From NCBI RefSeq assembly GCF_009914755.1, contig NC_060947.1: a stretch of 64,000 bases of DNA; one strand, written 5' to 3'. This stretch comes from the human T2T-CHM13v2.0 reference genome, Homo sapiens. The translations under genes and the position numbers were made by a program. Below are positions 41,284-59,644 of this stretch, one piece after another. A model generated the notes under the pieces. That model saw only the letters and a list, made by a program, of their open reading frames with translations. It was not told where the DNA came from and searched no databases. How positions within the stretch are numbered: the first letter of the stretch is position 1; each line of letters opens with the position of its first letter.

Positions 41284-44246
41284 CTAAAAGCCCATTTTGG
41301 CTCCACTTTACCTAACAGCTTATTGAGCATCTCAGTTTTGTATTAATTACCCATTATAACAAGCATATAGTTGTGTTCCTGCTGCTGTTACAAGGCTAGT
41401 GAGTTTATATTCTCCTTAATTTTTAGGAGACTTGAGTCTCTCTGATAATTTACTAATTCTCTGTCAGATCCTTCCAAATTCGTAGTAATAAATGACAAAA
41501 TGATTCCACAGAGAGATATTGATTACAGGTAGAGTATTCGACTACGTAAGACTGAAAATCTTGTCTGTGTTCTAATTCCAACTTACTGACTGTTATCTTA
41601 AATGAGTCCTTCTCTTTTTTGACCTCCACTTCCTCATGTGTAAAATGATGAGAATGGAAGTAATTCTGTGATCTCTTACAGCTAAAATCCTTAGTGAGCC
41701 ACCAACGTAACATTACAGTAATAATTGAAAAGAATAGATAATTCGAGGCATCCCCTCAATAATGTAAGCTCCCTGCAAAACTAATCCCCAATGCCTGGAA
41801 TGTTATCTAAGGGAAAAAAGAACTGTACAGTGTTTGTTGAATATGGAAACTGTTTCCCTAATGATGGTTTTAAAACTGTTAAAACAATGAAGCTCTTTTC
41901 TAAGTAAAATCCTAGATTGAATTGCAACATACGAATATGATATAACTTGAATCACTTTAGTTGCATCCAAGAGCCCCACACACTCAATCCCCAGAAGCAA
42001 CTTTGAGGGAGCCTGGGGCTCAACTGAACAGTGTTTTAGAAACTAAAGATCTAGAATATGAGTAACTTTCACGTAGTTACTGAGTTCTTACCATGAGTTA
42101 GCTCTAGGAAATCAGCAGTACAAGCAACCTAGTTTAGGGACCATGGCAGGTTTCCCTAAGTAAATGGCAATTAAGCAGACCCCTAAAGGATGAATGAGTA
42201 TTAACCATATCAAAAGGAAAGAGTGCAGTTGAAGTGGAGTAAAATTGTGTTCTAGAAGAGAGAACTGCATATTAAACTGTTTGTTGTTTTTGCTGTCTCA
42301 CACTCATGGTTGATTGTTTCCTTTAATATTTGGTGTTTGATTTTGGCCTACAACTAAAAGCCAGCAGTATGAAAAAAAAATGGTTGTCAATTTTGCTTTG
42401 AGTTGCTAAAAGCAGCAATGCCACCTGAGAGAGATGACAAATTGCAATTTTTGAACAAAATTATAAATTTTAAGAGCTTGGGAATCAGCTGATCCTTTAT
42501 AGTCCAAGGTTAGATCATGTTTCAAAATTCTCCTCTAATCGATGCTTGACTTCACAGTGAACTCTGAGAGAAATTTCATACCTATCTCAATGAAGTTCTT
42601 CAGTTACTATGATATAAAATTAATTATATTTATTTTTGAAATAATTATGGGCTTTCTGTTATGCACATTTTATATGGTTTTGGATTTTTTGTGTATATGA
42701 GTGTGTAATAGCTAGCATTAAATATTTGTGTACTATTCAGTATAAATGTCCTCTAGGATTGTGCTGATTATTTTTTATATTTTTAAGAATTATTACATAC
42801 ATTTTTCAGAATTTAGCGAGAGTTTAATTACTTTGTTCAACCTCACATAGCACATAAGAATTAGACCCAAGATTTAAACCTAGAACATTTGAATTGAACT
42901 AAAACTAGATTAAGTTGTGTATTCCACATTCATTGTGTATGTATATATATATATATATGAACAAAAATATGTAATAATATACACAAATGCTCTATGTATG
43001 TCATTGTGTGTATAGACCAGTATATTAATAGAGAAATAGGAGACAGAGATAATTCATTAATCATTATCTATCTTGTGGTGGATACCATTGGCTTTTGAAG
43101 TGTGTCAGAAAGACATTAACATACTGGAATTTGGGGCAATCATGTCATATTTTTTTCACATAAAATTTATCCTAGTGTAAAGACAGGCCTTCCAAATTCT
43201 GAAATTTGATAGTGGTACAGTTGGACATCAACACATGCTTTCTGATTGCTAACTTAAAGTTCTATCTCTGTACTTTATGGCTTTCCAGAATTTCTTAACT
43301 CTCAAATATACCTCCATCCATCAGAAGAACAGCCTAAATTTTGCAAGGAATGCATTCAAAAGCAGTTACTTCGCCCCGTAATTTTAAAACAGATAGTTTA
43401 CTTAAGCAAATAACTTCTGATTCAACTGACAAATTTAAAACAAACAACTCGTAGAAATTTTCTTTATCTAAACAATTTTATTCATTATATGTGAAACAGT
43501 TTTTAGGGATATAAAGACCACATGGATTCAATAACTGACAGACAAAATATTAGAATTACAGAAGTTAATATCAAGAAATGACTAAGGTTTTAAAAAACTT
43601 GTTTTCAGAGATATGACAAACTGAAGCTTAATTTAAATCAAAACATTTTTACGTTGAAATTTAGTAATGATATTCATGTGAATGTGTTCTTCATGTGAGG
43701 GTTAAATAAGAAATGGCATATAATCAAAAACAAATGGCATCCAAAACCAGAAGTTGAGAAAATCTACTTGCGAGTTGGTTTGGAACATTCAATATTAATG
43801 GAAAACTGACACCAGCAAATTTAATCTAAAGGTCAGTTATATCTGGCAGTCAAATAGAAAAAATAATCCAAATTAGATCTACTTTTCTCATATGAATTAT
43901 AAATGGTATTATTTAACCAGTACTTTTTGAACCAACATATCTTGGATTTCATTGGTAATTTTTTCCCATTCTTTCTTTACAAACGTATTGCTCAGTATCA
44001 CAACACAGGTTTTCTATTTAATTTTATTTAGATGCTTCAGATGCATTATGTTCATGATTCTTATTATTGTTATCATAGAAAAGTTTAATCAATTAACTTT
44101 TTCATTTTTATCATTTATCTTTTTAAAAATTAATTTTCAAAATCTGGTTTGTGCTGTGATAACTGTTCCATCCTCATAGATAATCAGAAAATTCCAAGCT
44201 AAGAGTAGATGAACATGACCTTAATTTCTTTCAATTTTGTAAAGAA

Positions 44247-44778
44247 ACCCAGCCATCCCATTACTGGGTATATACCCAAAGGATTATAAATCATGCTGCC
44301 ATAAAGACACACACACACGTATGTTTATTGTGGCACTATTCACAATAGCAAAGACTAGGAACCAATCTAAATGTCCAACAATGATAGACTGGATTAAGAA
44401 AATGTGGCACATAGACACCATGGAATACTATGCAGCCATAAAAAATGATGAGGTTCATGTCCTTTGTAGGGACATGGATGAAGCTGGAAACCATCATTCT
44501 CAGCAAACTATCGCAAGGACAAAAAACCAAACACCGCATGTTCTCACTCATAGGTGGGAATTGAACAAAGAGAACACATGGACACAGGAAGGGGAACATC
44601 ACACACCGGGGACTGTTGTGGGGTGGGGGGAGGGGGGAGGGTTAGCATTAGGAGACATACCTAATGCTAAATGACGAGTTAATGGGTGCAGCACACCAAC
44701 ATGGCACATGTATACATATGTAACAAACCTGCACGTTGTGCACATGTACCCTAAAACTTAAAGTATAATTAAAAAAAA
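44247..44778 (+). mobile_element. L1PA (PA4/5-like) short 3' insertion
   Basis: ORF2 end + 3'UTR (aacaaacctgcacgttg) + poly(A); possible short TSD aaagaa. Confidence 0.95.
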
Positions 44779-46058
44779 GAATAGATTTTATGCACATGAG
44801 TCTGGACAGAGGAGATAATTGAAAAACTACCAGACTAAATAGCTATGGAGATTCTCTTTAATGGTTTCCTCACTTTCCTAATATTCCCTAACTCTCAGCT
44901 TGTATTATGTATACAGTGAAAATAAGCAAGAATGATATATTCTTCTTACATACCAAACACTGGTATATGCCTATAAATACTCTCAATCCAAATTTCTTGC
45001 CTTAGAAACCCAAAAGTCTAATAGAGATGTGGAGAGATTGGTTTTGTCTTCTGTACTTGAATGATATTTTTAATTGTATTTTCTTTCCTTCATGGGGTTA
45101 TTCATCTCACTATTCACTTTAACAGCAAATTTATCCTAGGGCTCTTCAGAGAGAATCTTTACACAGCTTAACTCCTCTGGGGTAAAAATGAGGGAGAGCC
45201 TCATTAGTCTAATGTTAAGAAAACTATGGGGATTGTGGTGAACCTTTTTGACAGAAGTCTATGTTTAACAGTTTTTACCAATCTAGGTTTCAGCATTCAT
45301 CAAATTCATCATGTTTCCCATACCTACGTTTCCGATTTTTTTGGTAAATATTGGCATATCTTACTAAATACATTAAATTATCTTTGATTCTTCTCTATTT
45401 TTACTAGAACATGTTTTTTTTTAACCTTTGTAATGCCTTTCTCATCTTGTAATCTAGTTCTGATCGAACAGCTGCAACCCTGTATTTGATTTTAAACATA
45501 TGCCGTATAAACCATTATATGTTATAATGGTCATAACATTACATGTTATAGTAATATCATAACATTACATAGCCTACTACCTAGTTTCCTCTATGTCTAA
45601 GTTCTTCACTCTCCAAACCACTTTACACTATGACCAGTTTAAGCTTCATCAAAAATAATTCAGACCAGGGCCTTCTCTTGCTCTCTAAACTTCTTTGTTC
45701 TCTCCAAGTTATAAACGCTCTCTCCCTCCTCTGAATTCCCATAAAATGTTTTGATCTCCGATACCACACACTACACTACATTACTGTGCTTTGTGTACAT
45801 GCCTTATCATCCTGTTGCAGTACTTGACATATTGTACCTTATGCTCTGTCCTCTTTACCTAGCCTATATATAGATCAGCTGTCGCTGCTTAGCATTTAAG
45901 CATAAGGGAAGGCTATTCACCCTAATTTTTTAAAAAATCTATTGGCTGAATCCTACATTAGTTTCTACTTTCTGAAATCCCATCTTAAATTGAATATATC
46001 TAAACATCTAGAGGAAACATAAAGATACATTTATTTATCTGAATATTTTATCTATTTG

Positions 46059-48410
<2,352 letters not shown>

Positions 48411-48718
48411 TACTTGGAAATTCAGCATAACTAGATGTTCAATTTTTACCTATTGTTCGGTGTCATGTAGCTATAAATATAGTTTGATACTTAATACTAC
48501 TTTTTGTTATGCCTTTTAAATAATTTTCTCCTTGATAATTCCAAACCTCTTGTATATCTATACTAGTTATTTTTTTACATTTCAGATATTTTATTTGGTC
48601 TATTTTTCCATTTGGTCTTCAACAAAAAGTGCCATCTAGTTGCTCGAATATTACTTGATCAAAGCCCATGCTTCTGCCCACAAATAAGTCTGCCTCTGCC
48701 ATAGAAATGGGGATTATT

Positions 48719-48797
48719 TTAGATTGAACTATATGAAATTACTATTTTTGTAGGTCAAAATGGTCAAGTATTAGCAATTTCATATGGTTTATCATAG
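48719..48797. mobile_element. MADE2 mariner MITE (~80 bp)
   Basis: ttagattgaactatatgaaatt...gtaggtcaaaatggtc...aatttcatatggtt inverted termini. Confidence 0.8.
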
Positions 48798-51700
48798 TTG
48801 AATAGGTTACATTTTTGGACCAGATTGAGGCTAAAATGAATCTGAATTAAAACTCGATTGTTAAACTTTAAAATATTACTTACACAAACTCTCAACACAA
48901 TGCATCTTCACTCTTTATTTGCAATGACAATGTAAGAAACAGAAATAAAACCTATTGATTTTTTCTTTATAATGCGTATCTTAATGTACCATCCTTTCCA
49001 TGTTTACCATATTATCTTATTCTAGATGATCCCAAAGCACCTCAATTCTGCAATTCTAGAGTTGGTGCTTAATTGATTTGCTGCCTAGATACTGTGATAA
49101 GCAAATACATACACACAGTGATTTGCATATGACTTTCTTCCCTACAAAACATCAAAACAACCTTGGCACTTTTTACACTATGATCAATCATGAGATGTAT
49201 CATACATAACTATTTACTAAATGTAAAGTACGATCAATACAAGATTTAAATAATAAATTTGAGTGGATTCATAATTATCCCTACGATAACATTCTCACAT
49301 ATATTCAGAAACACTTTTTTATTTGAGAGAGAAAGAGCTGAGGATACATCTCCTACTCTGGGAGTTGCATATATTTCCAGTTATGCCCGTGGGAATGCAT
49401 TGTTTATTTGAATGCCATCCATCAGATATACTGGCAAAGAAAAAAGGTTGAGAATTGAGGTGCTACAAGATAAGAGTACAGATTCTTCAACAGTTCTCTT
49501 TCAAAGCTATCCACAGTTTGTTTTTTACCTATTTCAGCATACATATCCCTTACATGAAACCGCTCCTGTAGCTCAGCTGGGCAATTATCCTCCCAAGAAT
49601 ATGTGATATGCATTTCTGTCCCTAATTGAAGTATGGAAAATAGTTTTTATCAGAAGTGCAAACTCTTATTACTTGGTAGTAGTTTCCTAAAGCACTGTTA
49701 GGAAATAGAATAGTCAGAATGGGATTATCATATGGGACTTTTTCAATCTAAATCCTACCCGATACTGTTTCATCATTCTGAAGTAACCATTTCATTCTCT
49801 GTCCAAAAGTGGAATTACTGTGATCCTATATATTCTTCAAGACCTTATTAAATCCCTATATATTTTTTTAAATATAAATTCACTTATTATACTAGGAGTT
49901 TGGTTTTTTTATTAGTAAAGACAAAATTTTTCTGTAAATGTTATTTCTAAAATAGGAGGTTCTTGGCCTTTACTCTTAAATGTGGGAAACCCTTTCCTTA
50001 CCTACACTTGATTTTGGTGAAAATAGAAAGTTTTTTTTTTTTTAAATAAAAAGGAAAGACCAACTTTAACCAAGCACACCCACGTGGTCAGAAATTTCAA
50101 ATTACTGGGTGACTTCATTATGCCAATTACACATAGTAACATGTAATTTAGACTTCACCAATGAATACATGAGTAAAGTCAATTCTTTGATCATTCATTT
50201 TGTATTAAATATGTTCTCTCCAAATTTATCTGTCAAGTTAGAAGATTAGTGCCATGTTCTCTAAAAAAGAAAAACAATAAATAAACTCTCATATATGATT
50301 AATTTGAAAATAATATTTTAAATGAAAATCCCTTCAAACACCTATGTTATTAGGTGTTTTTATTGCTATTAAAAACTATCCAATCTAACTTCTAGTCAAA
50401 CACAAAGAATAGTACTTTTTACAGTTGTCCCTTTCATTGTGATTGTGCATTGCCAAAGCAGTGAGCACTGATGCTCACATAAGCTCTGAAGTTGTGCTAT
50501 TGGAAGAGTCCAGTTAGGTTTGGCTTAATTTGTGTTTAAGAAAGCAATGCTTCACTCCCTACCAGCTTTGGTGATAAATAAACGGTTTGTATTCTCCTCT
50601 TAGCACTGAGTTTGATAGAGATGCTTTCCAAGTAAATACTGTAATCAGACATGGTTTATGGGAATGAGTCTTTAGTAATCATTTCTGGCAGGTACAGTAC
50701 AGCACTTGAGCTGTTTCCTTTTTTAATTTGACATTGCATTTATGTTTGACTATTTTCATCTGTGGAGAAATGATGGAGTGGCACAAGAGTTTTTTGAAAA
50801 TGGTAGAAATAATACTTTCCAATATTGCCTCATTATGGAGAGAATGTTCTGGTTCTAGTCTTTGTTTCTTTCATACTGAGGAGAAATCTGATAAACTATT
50901 TTACATAATCCTGAAGTGCTTTTAGTTAGAAATGGCTGCTATAAGATGTTTTAAGTGTACTAGATTCTCCTGGTTTTGGATTTGTCTGGAATACAGAAAA
51001 TATAGAATACAAATAAAATTTCATTTTATTGTTGGTTGTGTAGCTAGGTACTCGCCTTTCCATCACCAAAGACTTTTCAAAAGTTTCAGTTTGTCCTTAA
51101 GTGACTCCTTGAAAACATAGACCACATCATAATTGGATATGCTTCCATCTATGCATCATTGTAAGACTATTAATTTAGGACCAAAACAATACTCACCTCA
51201 GGAGGCTATCTTTAAACTATTAATGTTGTATCACAGTAAACGTCTCAAGTATTTTTTTCAAAGCAAGTATAGCAATAATAGAAATTTTAAGACACACTCA
51301 TGCACACAGATACTCACACACAATATTTTAGAGAAAATTAAAAGTTGGATTAACAGAACATGCACTTTTGAGTTGAAGAGTCTATTTTGTAGTTTCATGG
51401 ACTGTGAAAATATATCATTTAGTAATAAAGAAAATGAACAAAGGCACAGTACTGCTATTAATTAATTTATCTATGTATGCCGTAAAATCACAGCCTTTTA
51501 ACTTTAGGCAACACTATTATTGGTGACTTTGTGTTAAAAATTCCATGAGTATTCTACATCGACTTTATAATTTTGTAATTGGAGAAGACCAGTGGCACCT
51601 AGATATATAAGAAAAACCTGATGAAACTTCGTAAGAAAATCTTGTAAACATTTTAGGAAAATGATCAATAAATTCCAATTATTTAATAATATTTTTCCGG

Positions 51701-51837
51701 TACAGCAGTATTGGTTAGAATTCTCTAATATTAGTTTTAGTTTTATTATATTTTTAATATTTTAATTTTTTCATAACTGCTTTTTAAAAAATTTCCCTTT
51801 TAGTAAATGTAGTCATAACTGTTAATGTTTTACATGA

Positions 51838-52422
51838 TACACAAAATGCTAAGAATAATTCCCTCAGCGTTCCACTTCATATCGCTTGGAATCTACACAT
51901 ATAATGGATATCACTTCTGTGATTATGTTATGTTATATAGAATAGTTCACATTAAGAAAAAGAGATTATCCAGACAGACCTAATCTAATCACATGGAACT
52001 CTAAAAGCATAGAGCTTTCTTTAGCTGGTGTCCAAAGGAGAATCCAGACAGATTTGAAGCAAGAGGAGAACTTGAGAAGCCATTGCTTCTTTGAGGATGG
52101 AGTGAGCTACCTAAGAAGGAGTGGGTGGCCATGAGAATCTGAGGACAGTAAGCAAGAAAATGGAGACCTCAATCCTACAGCTATAAGGAACTGAATTCTG
52201 CCAATGATCTAAATGAACCTGGAAGCAGATTATTTTCCAGATCCTTCAGACAAGAGCCCAGCTAAGCCTACACTTTGATTCCAGCCTTGTGAGACCCTAA
52301 GTAAAGAAACCAACCAACCTCACCAGAACTTCTGATTTATAGAACTGTTAGATAATAACCTAGTCTTGTTTTAAGTAATTAACTACATGGTCATTTGTAA
52401 CACAGCAATAGAAAATGAATGC
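51838..52422 (+). mobile_element. MLT1 (MLT1E-like) solo LTR
   Basis: gagattatcc...cctaatctaatcacatg...aaggaactgaattctgccaa...gaactgttagataata...cagcaatagaaaatgaatgca. Confidence 0.85.
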
Positions 52423-52519
52423 ATTCTCCCTGAAATGTATTGTATTGTATGCATGACGAATGTAGTCATCCCTCCATTTCTCCTTTTTGAAAAAGAACCT
52501 CTAAAAACGCTGTAATTCA

Positions 52520-52915
52520 CAGGTCTCCCCTTCTGGAACAAGCCACTTAATTTCCCAGATGCTAGTGGTGGTGTCTGTTGATGGCTTCCTCCTTAGGAAT
52601 TACCCCTGGCCAATGGGAAGTTGCTTAACTAAAGTCATGCCTCTTCCTTTTCTGGGACACTTTCTGTTCTGAACATGTTAGTCTAGGATTGCCTCAACTC
52701 TAGAACATTTCTGAAAGGTCATCGCTATTTCAGTGATTTCTGAGGGATTCACTGTGGCCAAAGGTTGCAAACAAATTATAGCTCAATTCTATTTTAATGA
52801 ATCCTGATTCTAATATTTCTTTACAGATATTGCTCTTGGGAACACCCATCCCATTAAATTCCTGCAGGCAGATATCTTATTTGAACTCCAATTCTAGGGA
52901 AACTTGACTTAAGAC
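52520..52915 (+). mobile_element. Old ERVL LTR (LTR16/LTR33-like)
   Basis: Ends cattaaattcctgca...ttctagggaaacttgacttaagaca. Confidence 0.55.
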
Positions 52916-53794
52916 AGCTTAAGTCTTAATACTATCTAGGTATTACATCTCCTAGCCTTCCTTAAAATGACACTTGCAACTTTCAGGTCCTATCCCTAAA
53001 AGGAAGCCGGTTGCTCTCCGCTCCTCCAAACCTACCTTCTTTTGGAAGTGGTGATGGTAAAGCAATTTTGACAGAGGCAAAATCTTGGATATTGATAAAG
53101 CAGCAACAACCTTTTTGACCTTAGAGGAGAAACCCCTTTTATGCCCCAGACATCTAACTACTTACAAAAGAGACACACCTTTTATCTTTCTTAAGCCTCT
53201 GTAATTAGATCTCTGTTAAAGTAGCTTTACAATTATTCTAACATATGTAATAAATAACTAATCTGGTATTTAAGGAACTATTTTGGTATGAAGCTATTTG
53301 GAAGTTTTAGATTATTTACATATTGTTGCTTGTGTGTTGGACTCTTTAGGGGTGTCAAGATGATTCATCTAAACCTGCTTGCTGACATTTAAAACATCTT
53401 TAACAGACTTCACTTTTGTCTTTTCCATAACATAAGGCCAGATGCCTTAGTAAACAAATATAGTGTGTTTTGTTTTTAACATATGAATGCTAGATACTCA
53501 AATATTTATTTAGTGATCAGTGTGGTCATTTGCTTTGTTCTAAAAACTGGGACTGCAGAGAATAATATGATAGTATTAGGAGCTTAGGAACCACTGGAGA
53601 ATTCAAAACTGTAATCAAATAATTATAATACAATGGGAGTGGAAGAATTTCCAGAACTAGATAGCATAGAACAAGATGGAAAACTTCAAATGTGAGAAGC
53701 CAGTAAGGAAACAATCAAAAAAGGGTGATGAAGGCCTGACCCTTGGCAGTGGGGATGCTTTAACAAAATAAGATATTTAGAAGTTAGAATTGTC

Positions 53795-54090
53795 GCCAGA
53801 CACGGTGGCTCACGCATATAATCCCAGCACTTTGAGAGGCGGAGGCAGGCGGATCATGAGGTCAGGAGTTCGAGACCAGCCTGATCAACATAGTGAAATC
53901 CCGTCTCTACTGAAAATATAAAAATTACTCGGGTGTGGTAGCATGTGCCTGTAATCCTAGCTACTCAGGAGGCTGAGGCAGGAGAACTGCTTGAACCCAG
54001 GAAGTGGAGGTTGCAATGATCCGAGAATGTGCCACTGCACTCCAGCCTGGGCAACAGAGCATGACTCCATCTCAAAAAAAAAAAAAAGAA
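53795..54090 (+). mobile_element. AluS (Sg-like)
   Basis: ggatcatgaggtcaggagttcgag; poly(A); TSD ttagaattgtc (53784-53794, 54096-54106). Confidence 0.95.
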
Positions 54091-54348
54091 AGTAATTAGA
54101 ATTGTCAATACCTGGTGACTTAATGAATTCAGAGTGTGAGGACTCCCTATATAAATGAGATCATGCAATATTTGTCTTTCTGTAACTGTCTCACTTCACT
54201 AAATATAATGTGTTCCAGGTCCATCTATGTTGTTGCAAGTGATGGTATTTCCTTCTTTTTAAGGTTGAATAAAATTTTATTGCATATATATACACACATC
54301 ATATTTTCTTTATTCATTCATCTTTCAACTGACATTTAAGTTGGTTCC

Positions 54349-54712
54349 TGTAATAGTCCGTTTTCACACTGCTATAGAGAACTTCCTGACACTGGGTAAT
54401 TCATAAAGCAAAGTGGTTTAATTGAATCACAGTTCCTCAGGGCTGGGGAAGCCTCAGGAAACTTACAATCATGGCAGAAGGCAAAGGGGAAGCAAGCACT
54501 TTCTTCACAAGGCATCAGGAGAGAGAAAGCAAAGGGGGAAGAGCCCCTTGTAAAACTGTCAGAGCTAGTGAGAACTCATTTACTATCACATGAACAGCAT
54601 GGTGGAAATTGCCTCCACGATTCAATAACTTCCAACCAGGTCCCTCCCTTGACATGTGGGGATTATAGTTCGAGATGAGATTTGGGTGCAAACACAGAGC
54701 CAAATCATATCA
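54349..54712 (-). mobile_element. THE1D-like solo LTR
   Basis: tgtaatagtccgttttcacactgctat...ttcttcacaaggc...acacagagccaaatcatatca; exact TSD GTTCC. Confidence 0.92.
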
Positions 54713-54963
54713 GTTCCATATCTTGGCTATTGTGAAATAATGCTGCAATGAACATGAGAATGCAAATGTCTCTTCAATGCAATTATTTTATTTCCTTTGG
54801 ATATATATCCAGAAGTAGGATTGCTGGATTACTTGTTATTTTTATTTTTAAATTTTTAAAGGAATTGTCATACTGTTTTCCATAATATTTATACTATTTA
54901 CATTCACATCAACAGTGTACTAGGGTTTCCACTTCTCCACATCCTTTTGAACATTTATTTGAT

Positions 54964-57650
<2,687 letters not shown>

Positions 57651-58371
57651 TATACGTATGTATATGTTTTAATTATAGACATCTATGACAGGAGTGAGGT
57701 ACCCCTTTCACCACACCCTCACTCACACTTGTTATCTCTTGTCATTTTGACAGTACCCCTCCTAACAGATGTGATGTGGTATCTTAATGTGGTTTTGATT
57801 TGCATTCCACTAATGACTAGTGATGTTGAGCAGCTTTTCAGAAACCTTTTGGTCATTTGTGTATCATTTATGGAAAAATTTCTAAAGTGAACATCAGGTT
57901 TTATAATGCGATTGCAGCAATTTAATCACATTGTCAGGCTCCACTTCTAATTCAATTCCTTCTAATTTTTAATTGGCTTATTTTTTGTTTTGGGGTTTGT
58001 TGCTATTTTATTGTATGAGCTCTTTGGTATATTTTGGAAATACATACACAAACAGGCACACACAACACATATGGTTACAAACATTTTCTTTTATAGTTTT
58101 TATGTTGCCTTTTCATTTTGTTGTTTCCTTTGTTGTGCAGGAACATGTTAGTTTCATGTCATCCCACATGTTTATTTTTTTCTTTTTTTTTTGGCCAAGT
58201 GTTTAATGTGATATGCAAAACATCATTGCCAAGACCAAAATGAAGCAACTTTTCCTTATATTTTTTGTTAGGACTTTTATGGCTTACATTTATGTGAATG
58301 TGTTTAATCCATTTCTAATTGATTTTGGCTTGTGGTGTAAAAAATAAGGCCCAATTTTATTTTTTGCATGT

Positions 58372-58827
58372 GTTTGATGATTAATATTGAGTATCAACTT
58401 GATTGAATTGAAGGAGGCAAAGTACTGATCCTGGATGTGTCTGTGAGGGTATTGCCAAGGGAGATTTACATTTGAGTAAGTGGGCTGGGAAAGACAGACC
58501 CACCCTTAATCTGAGTGGGCACCAATAATCAGCTGCCAGTATAGCTAGACTATAAAACAAGCAGAAAAACGTGAAAAGACTAGACTGGCCTAGCCTCCCA
58601 GCGTACTTTCTCCCATGAGGGATGCTTCCTGTCCTTGAACAATGGACTTCAAGTTCTTCAGTTTTGAGACTCAGACTGACTCTTCTTGCCCTTCAGCTTG
58701 CGGACGGCCTATTGTGATCATGTGAATACTTAATAAACTCCCCTTTACACACACACACACACATATATACATATATAAAATACCTATCCTATTTGTTCTG
58801 TCCCTCTACAGAACCCAGACAAACACA
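58372..58827 (+). mobile_element. MLT2A (HERV-L) 5' LTR
   Basis: gatgattaatattgagtatcaacttgattgaattgaagga...cttaataaactcccct...(CA)n...ttctgtccctctacagaaccc.gac.aacaca. Confidence 0.92.
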
Positions 58828-59641
58828 GATTTTGGTACCAGGAGTGGTTCTAGAGGAACAGAATATTAAGGATGGAGTTCTTTCATTGGTTTTGGGGTTT
58901 CTGGAGTTGGCTGCCTAATATGATTAGACCCAAAAATGCTAAGGACTTCCATTAGTATGGAGAACACTGATAGTCCTTGGTGTGAACTGTTTAGAGGGTT
59001 ATGCAAAGCGAATGCATTTGACACTCCTGACTCACCACTCATGAGAGGCAAGGAGTTTAGTGACTCTCTATATAATTAATATCTGTGACCATATGTGGAG
59101 AACTAAGGAACATAATGAAGCTGGTTGGTTGCTCTTAAGTTCAGTGGACAAAGTGATGAAAGGAAATGATGAGCTCAGGGATTCTAACTCCAGAGTTCAG
59201 AAGCAGATACTGAGCCTCAAAACTGCTAAGATTGCCCTGAGAGAGAGTCTTATCTCCTGTAGAGAAGGAACTGAAATTGTGAAAAAACAGACACAAGCTC
59301 TTATCATGCGAGTGGCTGACCTGCAACGAAAGGTGCATGCACAGCCTCGCCAGGTGTCTATTAGTGAGGGCACTGATTAGAAAAGAATGGGACCATGCAA
59401 CTTGGAATGGAAATGTGGGAGGACCCTAATGAAGGTGGGGACACTGAGTTTGTAAACTCTGATGAACATTTTTTTCCAAAATAAATATTTTCTCCATCTC
59501 CAGTAGTGACAACACCTGCTCCCCAACCCATGCTGCCATCAGCCTTTCCACCTTTGAGAAGATAAGCCCTGTGCTGCCTGAGGCAACAGTGATGGACTCC
59601 CCTCAGGCAGTTGCCAGGCAAGATAATGTTGATTCTCCTCA
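58828..59641 (+). mobile_element. HERV-L internal 5' fragment (leader + disrupted gag), truncated
   Basis: gattttggtaccaggagtggttctagagg directly after the LTR; gag-like remnant 59060-59380 (HMWRTKEHNEAGWLLLSSVDKVMK). Confidence 0.9.
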
Positions 59642-59644
59642 GAA

